Counted from the first letter of the stretch, positions 19,376 through 29,274 are shown. The stretch is DNA of 64,000 nucleotides from Cyanobacteriota bacterium (GCA_046052125.1 JBJOMY010000003.1:32001-96000), one strand, 5' to 3'. Numbers and translations are program-made. Notes: a model not told the origin generated them from the sequence alone.

Positions 19376-19662
19376 CGGTCTGAGCTCGGTGAAATGGGCT
19401 GGGCCCCACTGGCGGCGACGCCGGCTGCTGGGGGGAAAGGGCTGTTGGTGCTGACCGCTTGCAGCCGCGGTGGCACGGGGCCAGCGATCACCAGCAGCAG
19501 GGTGCTCAGCTGAAACAGCAGCCCCACCAGCACCAGCAAGCGCAGAGCGGTGAGGCTGTTGACCGTGACGGCGACGGTTGTGGGCCGGCGGGTGCGGCAG
19601 AACGCCGGAAGCTGGGGGCGGCGCCCAGCGCCGCCGTTGCTGACCAAGTGAGGAGCAGCCAT
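19372..19662 (-). CDS. small membrane protein
   Basis: Hydrophobic LLVLVGLLFQLSTLLLVIA; overlaps both neighbours in the operon. Confidence 0.5.
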   Translation of the reverse strand: MAAPHLVSNGGAGRRPQLPAFCRTRRPTTVAVTVNSLTALRLLVLVGLLFQLSTLLLVIAGPVPPRLQAVSTNSPFPPAAGVAASGAQPISPSSDR

Positions 19663-20231
19663 CAGAAGGCGGCCTCCTCGTCGTCATCCACAACCCAGCC
19701 CCCTCCAGCGCTGTAACCCTCCTGTTCCTCGAAGCCATCGGTGGGATCGACCTGCTCGTAGGGAACGAACTCGACGACCTGGACGGCACGGGGCTGGAAG
19801 GTCATGCCGCAGCCGTTTTCGCCATCCCAGTCGTAGATGTCGAAGGCCAGGACGACCTTGGAGCCGTTGCCGATGGCGGCCCCATCCCAGGGCTGCTTTT
19901 TGGCATCGACGATGCGGGGCCCCTCAGACAGGGAGCCGTCGCGCCGCTGGAACTGCGGCACCTTGAAGCGCACCGCGGTGAGCTCGCTGGGCTTTTCCTT
20001 ATCCGGCTTCCAGGGGAAGCCCTTTTCGGCGCGGCGCTTGCGACTGCCATGCAGAGCAATGAACTGGTCCTCCATCGCCAGCAGGAAGGACTGCGCCGTT
20101 TGGTCACTGTTGGGAAGCAGCAGATCGCAGGTCCAGGCCTTGGGTTTGCTCTTGTCGAGCTGATGCCTTGGGGTGATCAGGTGGGCCCAGCGCACTTCGG
20201 CGAGGGGTGTGCGGAAGATCGTCTTAGCCAT
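19662..20231 (-). CDS. T7 gp2.5-like single-stranded DNA-binding protein
   Basis: TPLAEVRWAHL..P, IGNGSKVVLAF, RAVQVVEFVPY, acidic tail ending DDDEEAAF. Confidence 0.8.
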   Translation of the reverse strand: MAKTIFRTPLAEVRWAHLITPRHQLDKSKPKAWTCDLLLPNSDQTAQSFLLAMEDQFIALHGSRKRRAEKGFPWKPDKEKPSELTAVRFKVPQFQRRDGSLSEGPRIVDAKKQPWDGAAIGNGSKVVLAFDIYDWDGENGCGMTFQPRAVQVVEFVPYEQVDPTDGFEEQEGYSAGGGWVVDDDEEAAF

Positions 20232-20460
20232 GGGTTGACTCGGGATGAACGGTGGACGAGAGGGGTTGATCGAATGGGGCCAGCGGCGGCAGGCCAAGGC
20301 GCTCGCGCAGCAGGTGATGCACGGCGCCGCTGGCCGAGAGGTTGCGGGCCTCCATCAGCTCACGGACCTGCAGGTAGACGTCGGTACGCACCTGGGTCTG
20401 GATGACATGGCGACCGGCCCGGGAGCGGGGCTGCTCGCCATAGCGACGGGGCCTGCTCAT
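20224..20460 (-). CDS. small RHH-like protein
   Basis: IQTQVRTDVYLQVRELMEARNLSASGAVHHLLRE. Confidence 0.6.
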   Translation of the reverse strand: MSRPRRYGEQPRSRAGRHVIQTQVRTDVYLQVRELMEARNLSASGAVHHLLRERLGLPPLAPFDQPLSSTVHPESTHG

Positions 20461-21176
20461 GACTGGGCGGGCGCCTGAGCGCCTTCGAACTCCTCGAGGA
20501 AGCGGTCGATGAAGGCGCTGTGCTGGTGCTGGGTGATGCGATCACCGATCGAGCGGGCATTGCGCGGCACTTGGAAGTGCTCACGAAACGCCGTGGTCAG
20601 CTCACGCCGAGCGGCCTGGGGAAGGGCCAGGATGCGCTGGTGCGTGGCCTCGATCTCCTGGGCCGTGAGTGGCTCCAGAGCGACATCTCCGCCACCGGTG
20701 CCTGCACAGATCTCGGATGCCTCAACAGAGGACGTCTTCGCCGGCAGAGCGGGACGTTGCTCACATGCAGAAGCAAGTTCAGCGCTAGAGCTTGCCTCAG
20801 GCTCTACAGGCATAGCCTGCCTGGTCAAAGGAATGCCCAGCAGCATGGCCAGCATCCAGCCGGAGGCCTGAAGCGGGTCGTCGACCTCGTCGGCCCACTC
20901 TTCACTGCTGACCTCGGCGCCACCGGCGTGCATCACCGTGACCCGCAGCTTGTGGCGGCCACGGATGTCGACCAGCTGGCTGCTGAAGGCAATGCCTTGG
21001 GCAAACGCCGGCCTGGCCGCTTCGACCACGGCGGCCAGGTCAAGGGACGGAACAGCCTGCACCTGTTCCTGGAAGGAGGCCAAGGCGGCCGTGAGGGCGC
21101 GCTCGGCGCTGCCTTTTTCGCCGAGCAACTCAAGGGCGCCGGCTGGCACGTCTGCGCGTGCGGGGATCTGCGTCAT
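20457..21176 (-). CDS. ERF-like ssDNA-annealing protein (divergent)
   Basis: ALASFQ..DLAAVVEAARPAF..GIAFS..LRVTVMHAGG.EVSSE resembles the ERF N-terminus; upstream of the SSB gene. Confidence 0.5.
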   Translation of the reverse strand: MTQIPARADVPAGALELLGEKGSAERALTAALASFQEQVQAVPSLDLAAVVEAARPAFAQGIAFSSQLVDIRGRHKLRVTVMHAGGAEVSSEEWADEVDDPLQASGWMLAMLLGIPLTRQAMPVEPEASSSAELASACEQRPALPAKTSSVEASEICAGTGGGDVALEPLTAQEIEATHQRILALPQAARRELTTAFREHFQVPRNARSIGDRITQHQHSAFIDRFLEEFEGAQAPAQS

Positions 21177-21260
21177 GGCATCAGGGTGTCGGGCTCGTGC
21201 CCGCTGGCCTGAGCTTAGCGGCTTTCTAACGCGAGCCGCAATCGGTTGGCGTCCTCGGAC

Positions 21261-22004
21261 TTATCCGGGTTCCTTCCTGCGTCGCCGGGTGGCCGGCTTG
21301 GGCGCTCCCGCCGGGTCGTCGGCTTCCCAGGCTCGGATCCACTGGTCAGGAAGGAACTGCTCGTCTTGCACCCAGAGTTGCGCCAGTTCGGAAGTGGAGT
21401 AGTCGTCGAGGGCCAGGACCTCTCGAAAACGCTTGCGGTACATCTCCGGCACCGACGCGGCGAGCTGCTCCAAGGCATCGGTGACGTCGGCGTCGCGCGT
21501 TCTGATCACACGACGTACATGGCGCCTCCAGTTCTGACAGAGATCCTCTGCTTCTTTCGACGAGAACGTGGGAGAGAGAACTGCCTGGTAAGTCTCTGGG
21601 ACGGCCAGATATCCGATGTAGCAGCTCCAGAAATCAACGGCATCCCAGGGTTTTCCATCGTTGCCCCGTAATGGCTCTGCATATTCGAGCTGTTCTCGAA
21701 TGCGCTGGGATTTGACCCCTTCCAGTCGTCGATTGCTATCCAGCAACCTTCGGTTCAGTTCTTCGAGCTGGAAAAAAGCTTTCTGGCGCAGCTCGCCAGC
21801 CTTGCCCTGCTCGATGACTGAAAGGTTGCCGTAGGAGATCACCTCAAACTTCGCTTCCGCGCCCCACTCACAGGCGGTGTACTGGGTCCAGCCGTTGCGG
21901 CGGCGCCAGTTCAACAGCATCTTCCCGAAGGCTCGGCGCGACTCCTGCTGCCAGTCGAGGACGGCCTGGTAGGAGCGCCCTGTCAGGTCCATGTCGTATG
22001 TCAT
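21261..22004 (-). CDS. XRE-family HTH regulator (candidate repressor)
   Basis: FGKMLLNWRRRNGWTQY..SYGNLSVIEQGK; upstream inverted repeat GCTTGC-CATT-GCAAGC at 22023-22038. Confidence 0.7.
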   Translation of the reverse strand: MTYDMDLTGRSYQAVLDWQQESRRAFGKMLLNWRRRNGWTQYTACEWGAEAKFEVISYGNLSVIEQGKAGELRQKAFFQLEELNRRLLDSNRRLEGVKSQRIREQLEYAEPLRGNDGKPWDAVDFWSCYIGYLAVPETYQAVLSPTFSSKEAEDLCQNWRRHVRRVIRTRDADVTDALEQLAASVPEMYRKRFREVLALDDYSTSELAQLWVQDEQFLPDQWIRAWEADDPAGAPKPATRRRRKEPG

Positions 22005-22047
22005 AGCCCGATTCTACGGCCTGCTTGCCATTGCAAGCCAGAGCCTG

Positions 22048-22227
22048 TCAAGACTTGGCGGCATGGATTGAGTGGTTCACCGGCTCGGCCAGCAGCTGTT
22101 TGACCTGCTGGCCGCTCAGGATCCGGCCCGTCTGAGCCTGGAAGCGCAGGGCCAGCGTGTACGGGTGTGCACCGGGATGACGGCGAGCGAGCGCCTGCAG
22201 CTGCCGGCTGAGCTCATGCCGGATCAT
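22048..22227 (-). CDS. small hypothetical protein
   Basis: ATGA overlap with the VRR-NUC stop. Confidence 0.5.
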   Translation of the reverse strand: MIRHELSRQLQALARRHPGAHPYTLALRFQAQTGRILSGQQVKQLLAEPVNHSIHAAKS

Positions 22228-22601
22228 GCCGTTTGCTCTCCGACGGCGCTCAACGTCAGGACTGCCTCGGCCTGTTGAACCGAGCGGCAAACGGCAGCAA
22301 GGCCGCCGAGCTCTTGCACCGCCCGCAGGAAGGCGCGCTGCTCAGGGCTGACGATCCCGCAGTTCGTCTTGATCTCCAGTGCAACGAACTGAGCGATCTG
22401 GTGGCCGACCAGTTCAGGCGTGATCTCCAGCGAGCGCAGACCGATCAGATCGCTGCTGCCCTTGCACAACCCGAAGCGCACGAAGCACCCCTGCTGGTCG
22501 ACCAAGGCGCCGGTGTTGTTGCGCCAGAGCCGCACCGGTCCGCGGCCGCAGGCCAAGCGGATGCGCTGCTGGATCTCGTGTTCGCTGGGGGAGGAGGCCA
22601 T
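22224..22601 (-). CDS. VRR-NUC domain nuclease
   Basis: EHEIQQRI, LWRNNTG, GSSDLIG, FVALEIKT..G.VSPEQ..FL..V...GG.A.V.RS. Confidence 0.9.
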   Translation of the reverse strand: MASSPSEHEIQQRIRLACGRGPVRLWRNNTGALVDQQGCFVRFGLCKGSSDLIGLRSLEITPELVGHQIAQFVALEIKTNCGIVSPEQRAFLRAVQELGGLAAVCRSVQQAEAVLTLSAVGEQTA

Positions 22602-22634
22602 GCCTCCTTTTGCCGGGCAGGGCGAAGGGGACGA

Positions 22635-23057
22635 TCAGCGCACGTCCCAGGGATTGATCACCTCCAGCCCGATCTCGGCAAAGTCGGCCACGTTTCTTGT
22701 GGCCAGGGGAGCGCCATGGGCCAGCGCCGTGGCCGCGATCACCGCATCCGCTGTCGCCATCGGTCGGGCCAGCCATTCCCGCCGCTGCAGCAGTTCGCCG
22801 TACCAGTGGGCTGCCTCACTGGTGAAGGGCCAAATTCGGCCCGCAAATAATTCGGTCGCCAGCGCATCCCAGCTCTGCTGCAGTTGCTGCTTCCGGCGGC
22901 CATCCGGCAGCCGCGAGAGACCGTGCAGGATTTCAGCTTCGTTCATGGCCGTGATCGCCACTGCCTCTGGATCAAGGCCATTGGCCCAGGCCAGCACCCG
23001 CGGTTCCGGCTGCAGCCGCATCAGCTCTGAGATCACATTGGTATCCAGCACGATCAC
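22635..23057 (-). CDS. vapC: VapC/FitB PIN-domain toxin
   Basis: MIVLDTNVISEL, ADAVIAATAL, LATRNVADF, VINPW. Confidence 0.92.
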   Translation of the reverse strand: MIVLDTNVISELMRLQPEPRVLAWANGLDPEAVAITAMNEAEILHGLSRLPDGRRKQQLQQSWDALATELFAGRIWPFTSEAAHWYGELLQRREWLARPMATADAVIAATALAHGAPLATRNVADFAEIGLEVINPWDVR

Positions 23058-23104
23058 CGCAAACTCCTTTCCTGTGGTGCCTGATCTCCCGAGGTTTCCG
23101 CTTC

Positions 23105-23362
23105 CTATTCGCCCTCAAACTGCGCGGGGATAGGCAGGGATGATCTTGCTGGCAGCTCCAGCTCCACGCCACCGAGCTGGGCGAAGTGCTCATGGATGCG
23201 AGTGCCCAGGCCCTTGCCTCCAGCGACAGGCTGCCGGGCTTCGATGGCGGTGCGAAGGATCGTGCGGGCTTCCTCCTCCATGGATCGTCCATGGCGCGCG
23301 GCCTGAATGCGCAGCTGCGCTTTGGTGCGCTCGTCGAGGTTGCGGATGGTGAGGGTGGCCAC
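23105..23362 (-). CDS. FitA-like RHH antitoxin
   Basis: MATLTIRNLDE..KAQLRIQAARHGRSMEEEARTIL. Confidence 0.9.
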   Translation of the reverse strand: MATLTIRNLDERTKAQLRIQAARHGRSMEEEARTILRTAIEARQPVAGGKGLGTRIHEHFAQLGGVELELPARSSLPIPAQFEGE

Positions 23363-23436
23363 GGACGACTCCCGCTTGCACTGACAGCATTGCAGTCAAC
23401 GCTAAGGCCTCTGGCGGCTGCTCGCTTGCCCAGTGA

Positions 23437-24870
23437 TTACGTGCTGCGCTGCCGTGCTGCCCAGACGTGGCGGGCCCAGCCGGGCTTGTAGCCGCGTTCC
23501 TGCTCCCGCTGCAGCAAGTCCTCGAAGGTGCGGCAGCCGGCGGCCGGGTGCGTCCGGCGTGGTCGGGCCTGCTGGAGCTGGGGGCGGTGCCGATCCGACC
23601 CGCTGATCTCGACTAGTTCACCCTCAAGCAGTTGGAGCCCACGGCGCTGCTCATCGCGGTCCTCGGCAAGAAATAGGTGGCCGCAGTCGGGGCAGACCTG
23701 TGCGGCACTGGGGCAGCTGCAGAAGCAGACCGGGCAGTCCTTGATCGGAATCGAGACGCCCTCCCGGCGGCGGCGGCCAGACAGGTTCCACGCGCGCTCA
23801 TCGGTGGGCAGGCCGTGGCGATGGGCGTTGCCGACGTGATCGAGGATCACCGCCTCCTGCTTGCCCGGTGCGGGACGCAGGGCCCGGCCGACCATCTGTA
23901 AATAGAGGCTCAGGGAAGCGGTGGGGCGCATCAGGATCGCGCCGCCCACTGAGGGGATGTCAGTGCCCTCGGAAATGATCATGCAGCTGGTGAGCACCTC
24001 CACCTCCCCGGTGCCGAGCCCGGCGATCAAGCGTTTGCGCTCCTCGGCTGACGTGCCGCCATTCACTGACGCGGCCCTGATCCCCGCAGCGCGGAAGGCG
24101 CCAGCCATCTGCTCGGCGTGCTGGATGGTGCAGCAAAAGCAGATGGCGGTACTGGGGTGCAGCCGGCGGCGGTAGTGCGACACCGCATCACCGATCGCGG
24201 CCCGGTCCCCGAAGGCGCGCGCCGCCTGCTCGAGGTCGTACTCGCCCATCCGCTGTTGGAGTTCGGGACCCTGCCCCTTGCTGTTCCTGGCACCTGGCCA
24301 GGAGAAGACCTTGGGCCGGGCCAGCCAGCCCTGCTCCACCAGCCAGGCCGCAGAGGGCCCCAGCACCAGGGCCTCGAAAAAGCCGCCGGCTTCCACGCCG
24401 AGCCCCTTGCCATCGAGGCGTTCGGGCGTGGCGGTCTTGCCGATCAGATGCGCCTCTGGCCAGGTGTTGATGATCCGGCCCCAGACGTTGCCGGCGACCA
24501 AGTGGTGGGCTTCGTCCTGAATGATCAGATCCGGGCCCGGCAGCTGCCTCAGCCGCCGGGCCACGGTCTGCACTGAGCCCACTGCTACCTGACGGTCCTG
24601 CAGCGTGTGACCGGGGGCGATCACATCGGGCTCAAGCCCCCAGGCCCGAACGGTGCCCGTGAGCTGCTCGATCAGCTCGGCCCGGTGGGCCAGCACCAGC
24701 ACCTTCCTGCCCTTACGGGCAGCGCCGCGGGCGATGGCGCCGATGGTCTGGCCTTTGCCCGCGCCGGTCGGCATGACGGCGCAGACCCGCTGGTGGACCT
24801 TGAGGGCCGCGCGGAGATCGGCCAGCAACTGCAGCTGGTAGTCGCGCAGAACGATTGACGGCATTGGCAC
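23437..24870 (-). CDS. DEAH-box SF2 helicase with zinc finger (RadD/YejH-like)
   Basis: LRDYQ, PTGAGK, DEAHH, TATP, QMVGRALR, CPVC..CPDC. Confidence 0.92.
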   Translation of the reverse strand: MPMPSIVLRDYQLQLLADLRAALKVHQRVCAVMPTGAGKGQTIGAIARGAARKGRKVLVLAHRAELIEQLTGTVRAWGLEPDVIAPGHTLQDRQVAVGSVQTVARRLRQLPGPDLIIQDEAHHLVAGNVWGRIINTWPEAHLIGKTATPERLDGKGLGVEAGGFFEALVLGPSAAWLVEQGWLARPKVFSWPGARNSKGQGPELQQRMGEYDLEQAARAFGDRAAIGDAVSHYRRRLHPSTAICFCCTIQHAEQMAGAFRAAGIRAASVNGGTSAEERKRLIAGLGTGEVEVLTSCMIISEGTDIPSVGGAILMRPTASLSLYLQMVGRALRPAPGKQEAVILDHVGNAHRHGLPTDERAWNLSGRRRREGVSIPIKDCPVCFCSCPSAAQVCPDCGHLFLAEDRDEQRRGLQLLEGELVEISGSDRHRPQLQQARPRRTHPAAGCRTFEDLLQREQERGYKPGWARHVWAARQRST

Positions 24871-24927
24871 CAGATCGAGCGGGACGACTGCTAGCCGCTC
24901 GCCTTCTTTGGCTCAGGCTAGCGAGGC

Positions 24928-25173
24928 ATGGCCAAAGCTATTAGGCTGCAGATCACGAGCAATGGCCTGATGCCCGACTACGCCCTGCCGGTGAGTGTCT
25001 CGATCACCCAGCAGCAACTCGCCTGGCTGGATGCCCGCAGGCGTCACGGCTCCCTCAGTCGCTCGGCGGCACTGCGGCAGGTGCTGGATGCCGCCATGGA
25101 CCGCGAACTCTTGCTGGACAGACCGGATCGGGCATCACCGAATCCCGCCGCGACCTCAACAGCGAGCAGGTGA
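24928..25173 (+). CDS. small RHH-like regulator
   Basis: VSVSITQQQLAWLD..LSRSAALRQVLD. Confidence 0.6.
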   Translation: MAKAIRLQITSNGLMPDYALPVSVSITQQQLAWLDARRRHGSLSRSAALRQVLDAAMDRELLLDRPDRASPNPAATSTASR

Positions 25174-25183
25174 GCTGGAATCC

Positions 25184-27811
25184 ATGGCCTCTGATGCCAT
25201 TGCTGCGGCCCAGGGCCGCTGGCCGGAGATCCTGGCTGCCCTGGCGGGACTGAGCGGCGAGCAGCTCAGCAATCGCCATCAACCCTGCCCGCTCTGCGGC
25301 GGGAGGGATCGCTACCGCTTTGACGACAAGGACGGCAGCGGCTCCTGGTTCTGCAACCAGTGCGGCGGCAAGGACCAGCGCGGCGGCGCTGGCTCCGGCA
25401 TCGACCTGCTGATGCGCCGGCAGGGCTGGAGCTTTGTGGAGGCCGCCCGGCAGGTGGAGGCCTTCCTTGGCCTGGTGCCTGATCACCAGGGCACCAGTGC
25501 CGGCAGGGCCACCAGCCGAAACGGCAAGCCCTGGCGGATGCCCGAGAAGCCTCCCGCCGATGCCCAGCCTCCGCCGTTGAACCGCGGGGCCACCGCCCAG
25601 TGGGCCTACCGCAATAGCTCCGGGGAAGTGCTGTTCTGGATCCAGCGGATCCGGCTGCGCAGCGGCGGCAAAGCCTTCCTGCATCGCGTCTGGCTGGACG
25701 GGGACTGGCATCGCCCCAGCCGCCGCGACGCCTTCACCTGCGACTGGCCCACCCCCAGGCCGCTTTACGGACTGCCGGATCTGCTGCAGCGCCCCAACGC
25801 TCCGGTGCTGGTGGTGGAAGGGGAGGGCACCGCCGATGCGGCCGCCTGTCTGTTTCCGCAGCACGTGATGCTCACTTGGGCCAACGGCGCCAAGGCGATC
25901 GCCAAGGCGGACTGGACGCCGCTGGCCGGCCGCTCGGTGACGCTCTGGCCCGATGCCGATGCCGCGGGCCTGGAAGCCATGCAGAGCCTGGCCGCCCTAC
26001 TGCACCCGCTCGACTGCCAACTGCAATTGGTGGCCCTGCCAGCTGACCTGCCCCAAGGCTGGGACCTGGCCGATGCCGACTGGACACCCCGGCAGGCCGC
26101 CCGACAGCTGGCGAAAGCAGCCCAGCCATGGAGCCCCGCTGACGCGGGTGCTGCTGGCGATGGCGCTGCTGCTCCGCCAGTGACAGCGCCTGCTGCACCC
26201 CCAAGCCCGGGCACGCCTTTTCAGTGCCTTGGCTACGACGCGGACGCGAACTTCTATCAACCCGGCAGCACCGGTCAGGTGATCCGCCTGCCCCGGGGTT
26301 GCCACACCGCCACCCACCTGGTGGCCCTGGCACCACTGGAGTACTGGGAGAGCCTCTACCCCAGCCGCACCGGTGTGAACTGGCCGGCAGCAGCCAGTGA
26401 TCTGCACAAGAGCTCGGCCGCGATGGGGATCTTTGCGGTGGAGCGCATCCGCGGCCGCGGGGCCTGGTGGGATGAGGGCCGCACCGTGCTGCACCTCGGT
26501 GATCGCCTGATCACCCCCGATGGGGAGCACCCGATCACCAAACCCTTCCGCTCGCGGCACATCTACCAACGCCTCAAGCGCCTGGAGGGGCCCTGCGGCG
26601 TAGAGCCTCTGACCGTGCAGGAGGCGGCCGTGATCGTGGGCATTGCCAACCGTTTCCGCTGGGAGGTGCCGGCTTCCGGCACCCTGCTCCTGGGCTGGGT
26701 GGTGCTGGCTCCGATCTGCGGAGCCCTGCGCTGGCGGCCCCACCTCTGGCTCACCGCTGGTGCCGGCTCAGGCAAGAGCCAGATCCTCGATCGCTTCGTG
26801 GCGCCGCTACTCGGCGATTTGAGCCTGGTGGTGGTGGGCGCGACCACAGAAGCCGGCCTGCGCCAGACCATCTGCTGCGATGCCGTGCCGGTGGTTTTCG
26901 ATGAGGCGGAGAGCAACGAGAAGGGCGACCAGCAAAGGATGCAGGCGATCCTCTCGCTGGCGCGGGTGGCCAGCAGCGAGAGCAGCGCCGAGATGCTTAA
27001 GGGTTCCCCCAGCGGTGATGTGAGCCGCTACCGGGTGCGCTCGATGTTCCTGATGTCATCGATTGCCACGGCCCTCAAGCAGGGGGCTGACAAGAGCCGC
27101 TTCGCGCAGCTGACCCTGCGCAGCCCCACCGAAATGGGCAAGGAGGAGCGGGAAGTGCACTGGCAGAGCCTCGATCGCGATCTCGAACGCCACATCACTC
27201 CGGAGCTGGCGCGGCGGTTGATCGCCCGCACCGTGTCCTTGATCCCGGTGATCCGCCAGTCGGTTGTGGTGTTCTCCGCTGCGGCGGCACGGCACTTCGA
27301 CTCCCAGCGCCTCGGCGATCAGTACGGGACCTTGATGGCCGGAGCCTGGTCGCTGCTCAGTGATGCGGTGCCCACCCAGGAGGAGGCGGAGCAGTGCATC
27401 GCCTGCCACGACTGGGAGAGCTACAGCCAGAGCACTGAAGTGCCGGATGAGGCCCGCTGCATCCAGACGATCCTGCAGCGGCAGGTGCGGGTGGAGACCG
27501 ACGACAAACCCGTCACCCGCACCGTCGGCGAGCTGGTGGAGCTGGCCGCCTGCCATGCCAGTTGTATTGACGTGAGCGCGGGTTTGGCCGCCCAGACTCT
27601 CGGCCGCCATGGCCTGCGGGTGGATCAGGAGCGGCTGCTGGTGAGCAACACCGCCAAGGCGATTGAGCAGTTTCTTGCTGATACCGCCTGGCAGAACAGC
27701 TGGCCGGTGGTGCTGCTGCGCCTGACTGGTGCGCAACGGGCCGGACCGGTGCGCTTCTGTGGCGCCGGCATGGTCAGCCGTGCGGTCGCCATTCCCCTGG
27801 GCGAGCTGTAA
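25184..27811 (+). CDS. P4 alpha-like primase-helicase (Zn finger, TOPRIM, P-loop)
   Basis: HQPCPLCGGRDRYRFDD..WFCNQC, VVEGE, LWPDAD, GWDLAD, GAGSGKS, VVFDEAE. Confidence 0.9.
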   Translation: MASDAIAAAQGRWPEILAALAGLSGEQLSNRHQPCPLCGGRDRYRFDDKDGSGSWFCNQCGGKDQRGGAGSGIDLLMRRQGWSFVEAARQVEAFLGLVPDHQGTSAGRATSRNGKPWRMPEKPPADAQPPPLNRGATAQWAYRNSSGEVLFWIQRIRLRSGGKAFLHRVWLDGDWHRPSRRDAFTCDWPTPRPLYGLPDLLQRPNAPVLVVEGEGTADAAACLFPQHVMLTWANGAKAIAKADWTPLAGRSVTLWPDADAAGLEAMQSLAALLHPLDCQLQLVALPADLPQGWDLADADWTPRQAARQLAKAAQPWSPADAGAAGDGAAAPPVTAPAAPPSPGTPFQCLGYDADANFYQPGSTGQVIRLPRGCHTATHLVALAPLEYWESLYPSRTGVNWPAAASDLHKSSAAMGIFAVERIRGRGAWWDEGRTVLHLGDRLITPDGEHPITKPFRSRHIYQRLKRLEGPCGVEPLTVQEAAVIVGIANRFRWEVPASGTLLLGWVVLAPICGALRWRPHLWLTAGAGSGKSQILDRFVAPLLGDLSLVVVGATTEAGLRQTICCDAVPVVFDEAESNEKGDQQRMQAILSLARVASSESSAEMLKGSPSGDVSRYRVRSMFLMSSIATALKQGADKSRFAQLTLRSPTEMGKEEREVHWQSLDRDLERHITPELARRLIARTVSLIPVIRQSVVVFSAAAARHFDSQRLGDQYGTLMAGAWSLLSDAVPTQEEAEQCIACHDWESYSQSTEVPDEARCIQTILQRQVRVETDDKPVTRTVGELVELAACHASCIDVSAGLAAQTLGRHGLRVDQERLLVSNTAKAIEQFLADTAWQNSWPVVLLRLTGAQRAGPVRFCGAGMVSRAVAIPLGEL

Positions 27812-28085
27812 CGAGCAGCCGTCACAAACGGGCCGGACATAACAGCAGCGGTAACGCCCAGATCAACTGCCCCGCAACTGATCTGGGCCTCTGTAACGCT
27901 GTAACGCTCCAGGGATCCGATAGAGCCCCCTATGAAATCAAAGGCACATGCACACCTGCTCAACCAGTCACTGCTGCTTGCTAAAGCTTCTATCTCTGAA
28001 AAAGGGTTACAGCGTTACAGCCACCCCTAGAAGCTTCTGCCTGCCGGCCCTCTCGGCTGTTACGGCGATCGTCACGCCGCGTCAC
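27807..28085. repeat. converging GTAAC/GTTAC repeats, putative primase origin
   Basis: CTGTAACGCTGTAAC (27891-27905) and its perfect inverse GTTACAGCGTTACAG (28006-28020) around an AT-richer core; extra copies on both sides. Confidence 0.65.
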
Positions 28086-28098
28086 AGCTGAAACGGTC

Positions 28099-28791
28099 AT
28101 GGTCACCACCACTTCCACCTGGCTTGATCCCATCCCCGGCCTCTGGCGGGACGAGGAAGCCCATCGCTACTGGCTGGGCGATCACCTGTTTCCGGTATCG
28201 ATCACCGGCGTGCTGGCCCATGGCCTGAGCGAGACCGCCAAACGGGCGATCGAGGCCAAGCGCCCGATCTGGGAGCCGCGCGGCACCACGGTGCATGCCG
28301 CTCTGGAGCACTACAGCCAGGCCCGCTTCCTGGTGGGCAAGAGCGCCAGCGAGGCCCTGCTGGATGCCGAAACCATGCCAGGCCACCACCAGTACCGCGA
28401 CTGGATCCTGCCGCTGCTGCAGCTGCCTCTCTGGGATGAGGTGGAGGTGATCGCCAGCGAACGGCTCACTTGCTGCCTCACCCGCAACATCGCCGGCGCC
28501 TTTGATGGGGCCTATGTCTCACCGGCACTGAGCGAACGCCACGGCCAGCCGGTGCGGGTGCTCTACGACCTCAAGACCCTCTCGGCCCATGGCCGGCCCT
28601 ATTCCACCGCCGCCCAGCTGGGCGGCTACATGGTGCTAGAGGCCGCGCAGGGGAACCACTACGAGCTGGGCCAGACGATCTGGAGCAAGCCAGGGGAGGC
28701 GTTCACCAGCAGCTTTTACAGCCGTGAGCAGTGCCTGGCGGCCTGGGCTGCGGCCTGGAGCCGTTACTGCCTGAGCCACCGACCCTTCTGA
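28099..28791 (+). CDS. PD-(D/E)XK exonuclease-like protein
   Basis: SITGVL, RGTTVH, SE..IAGAFD, LYDLKT, QLGGY. Confidence 0.75.
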   Translation: MVTTTSTWLDPIPGLWRDEEAHRYWLGDHLFPVSITGVLAHGLSETAKRAIEAKRPIWEPRGTTVHAALEHYSQARFLVGKSASEALLDAETMPGHHQYRDWILPLLQLPLWDEVEVIASERLTCCLTRNIAGAFDGAYVSPALSERHGQPVRVLYDLKTLSAHGRPYSTAAQLGGYMVLEAAQGNHYELGQTIWSKPGEAFTSSFYSREQCLAAWAAAWSRYCLSHRPF

Positions 28792-28895
28792 TCACCCAGG
28801 CATCCGCGAGGCATATCGGGACATTGGCTCGTGACGCAGAGCCGCTAGATTGAGCAGGCTCGGAAATGTCCGGGCTCTCGATCTGGTGACCTCGG

Positions 28896-29270
28896 ATGGC
28901 GAACTTCCTGCTCGCTGCTGCAACTCCTGCGCCCCCCGCAGAGGCGGCCGATCTCGAGGCCCTGCTCGATGCCGTCACCACGATCAAGGCCCAGCAGAAG
29001 GAGCTGGAGCAGCAACTGGAGCCCCTGCTGGAGGCCCTCAACGCGGCGATGGCAACCGGCCAGCTGGATCCAGCCTTCTTGCACAACAACTGGGCATTCG
29101 CCCACAGCCCCGGACGGCTGAGCTACGACTTCCCGCCGGCGGTGCAGCAGATCGAGCAGCAGCTCAAGGCCGCCAAGGACAGCGCGATCCAGCAAGGCAG
29201 CGCAACCGAAAAGCGCGGCAAACCCTTCTGGACCATCCGTGCACCCAAGACGCCGGCACTGCCGTTCTGA
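28896..29270 (+). CDS. hypothetical protein, paralog of 8050-8529
   Basis: Coiled coil plus PGRLSYDF..IEQQLKA..QQG..GKPFWTIR. Confidence 0.7.
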   Translation: MANFLLAAATPAPPAEAADLEALLDAVTTIKAQQKELEQQLEPLLEALNAAMATGQLDPAFLHNNWAFAHSPGRLSYDFPPAVQQIEQQLKAAKDSAIQQGSATEKRGKPFWTIRAPKTPALPF

Positions 29271-29274
29271 GCCC

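Noticed and set aside
24995..25183. Extended primase N-terminus from the ORF track
   Set aside because: Overlaps the RHH gene in another frame; the primase zinc-finger domain begins after ATG 25184
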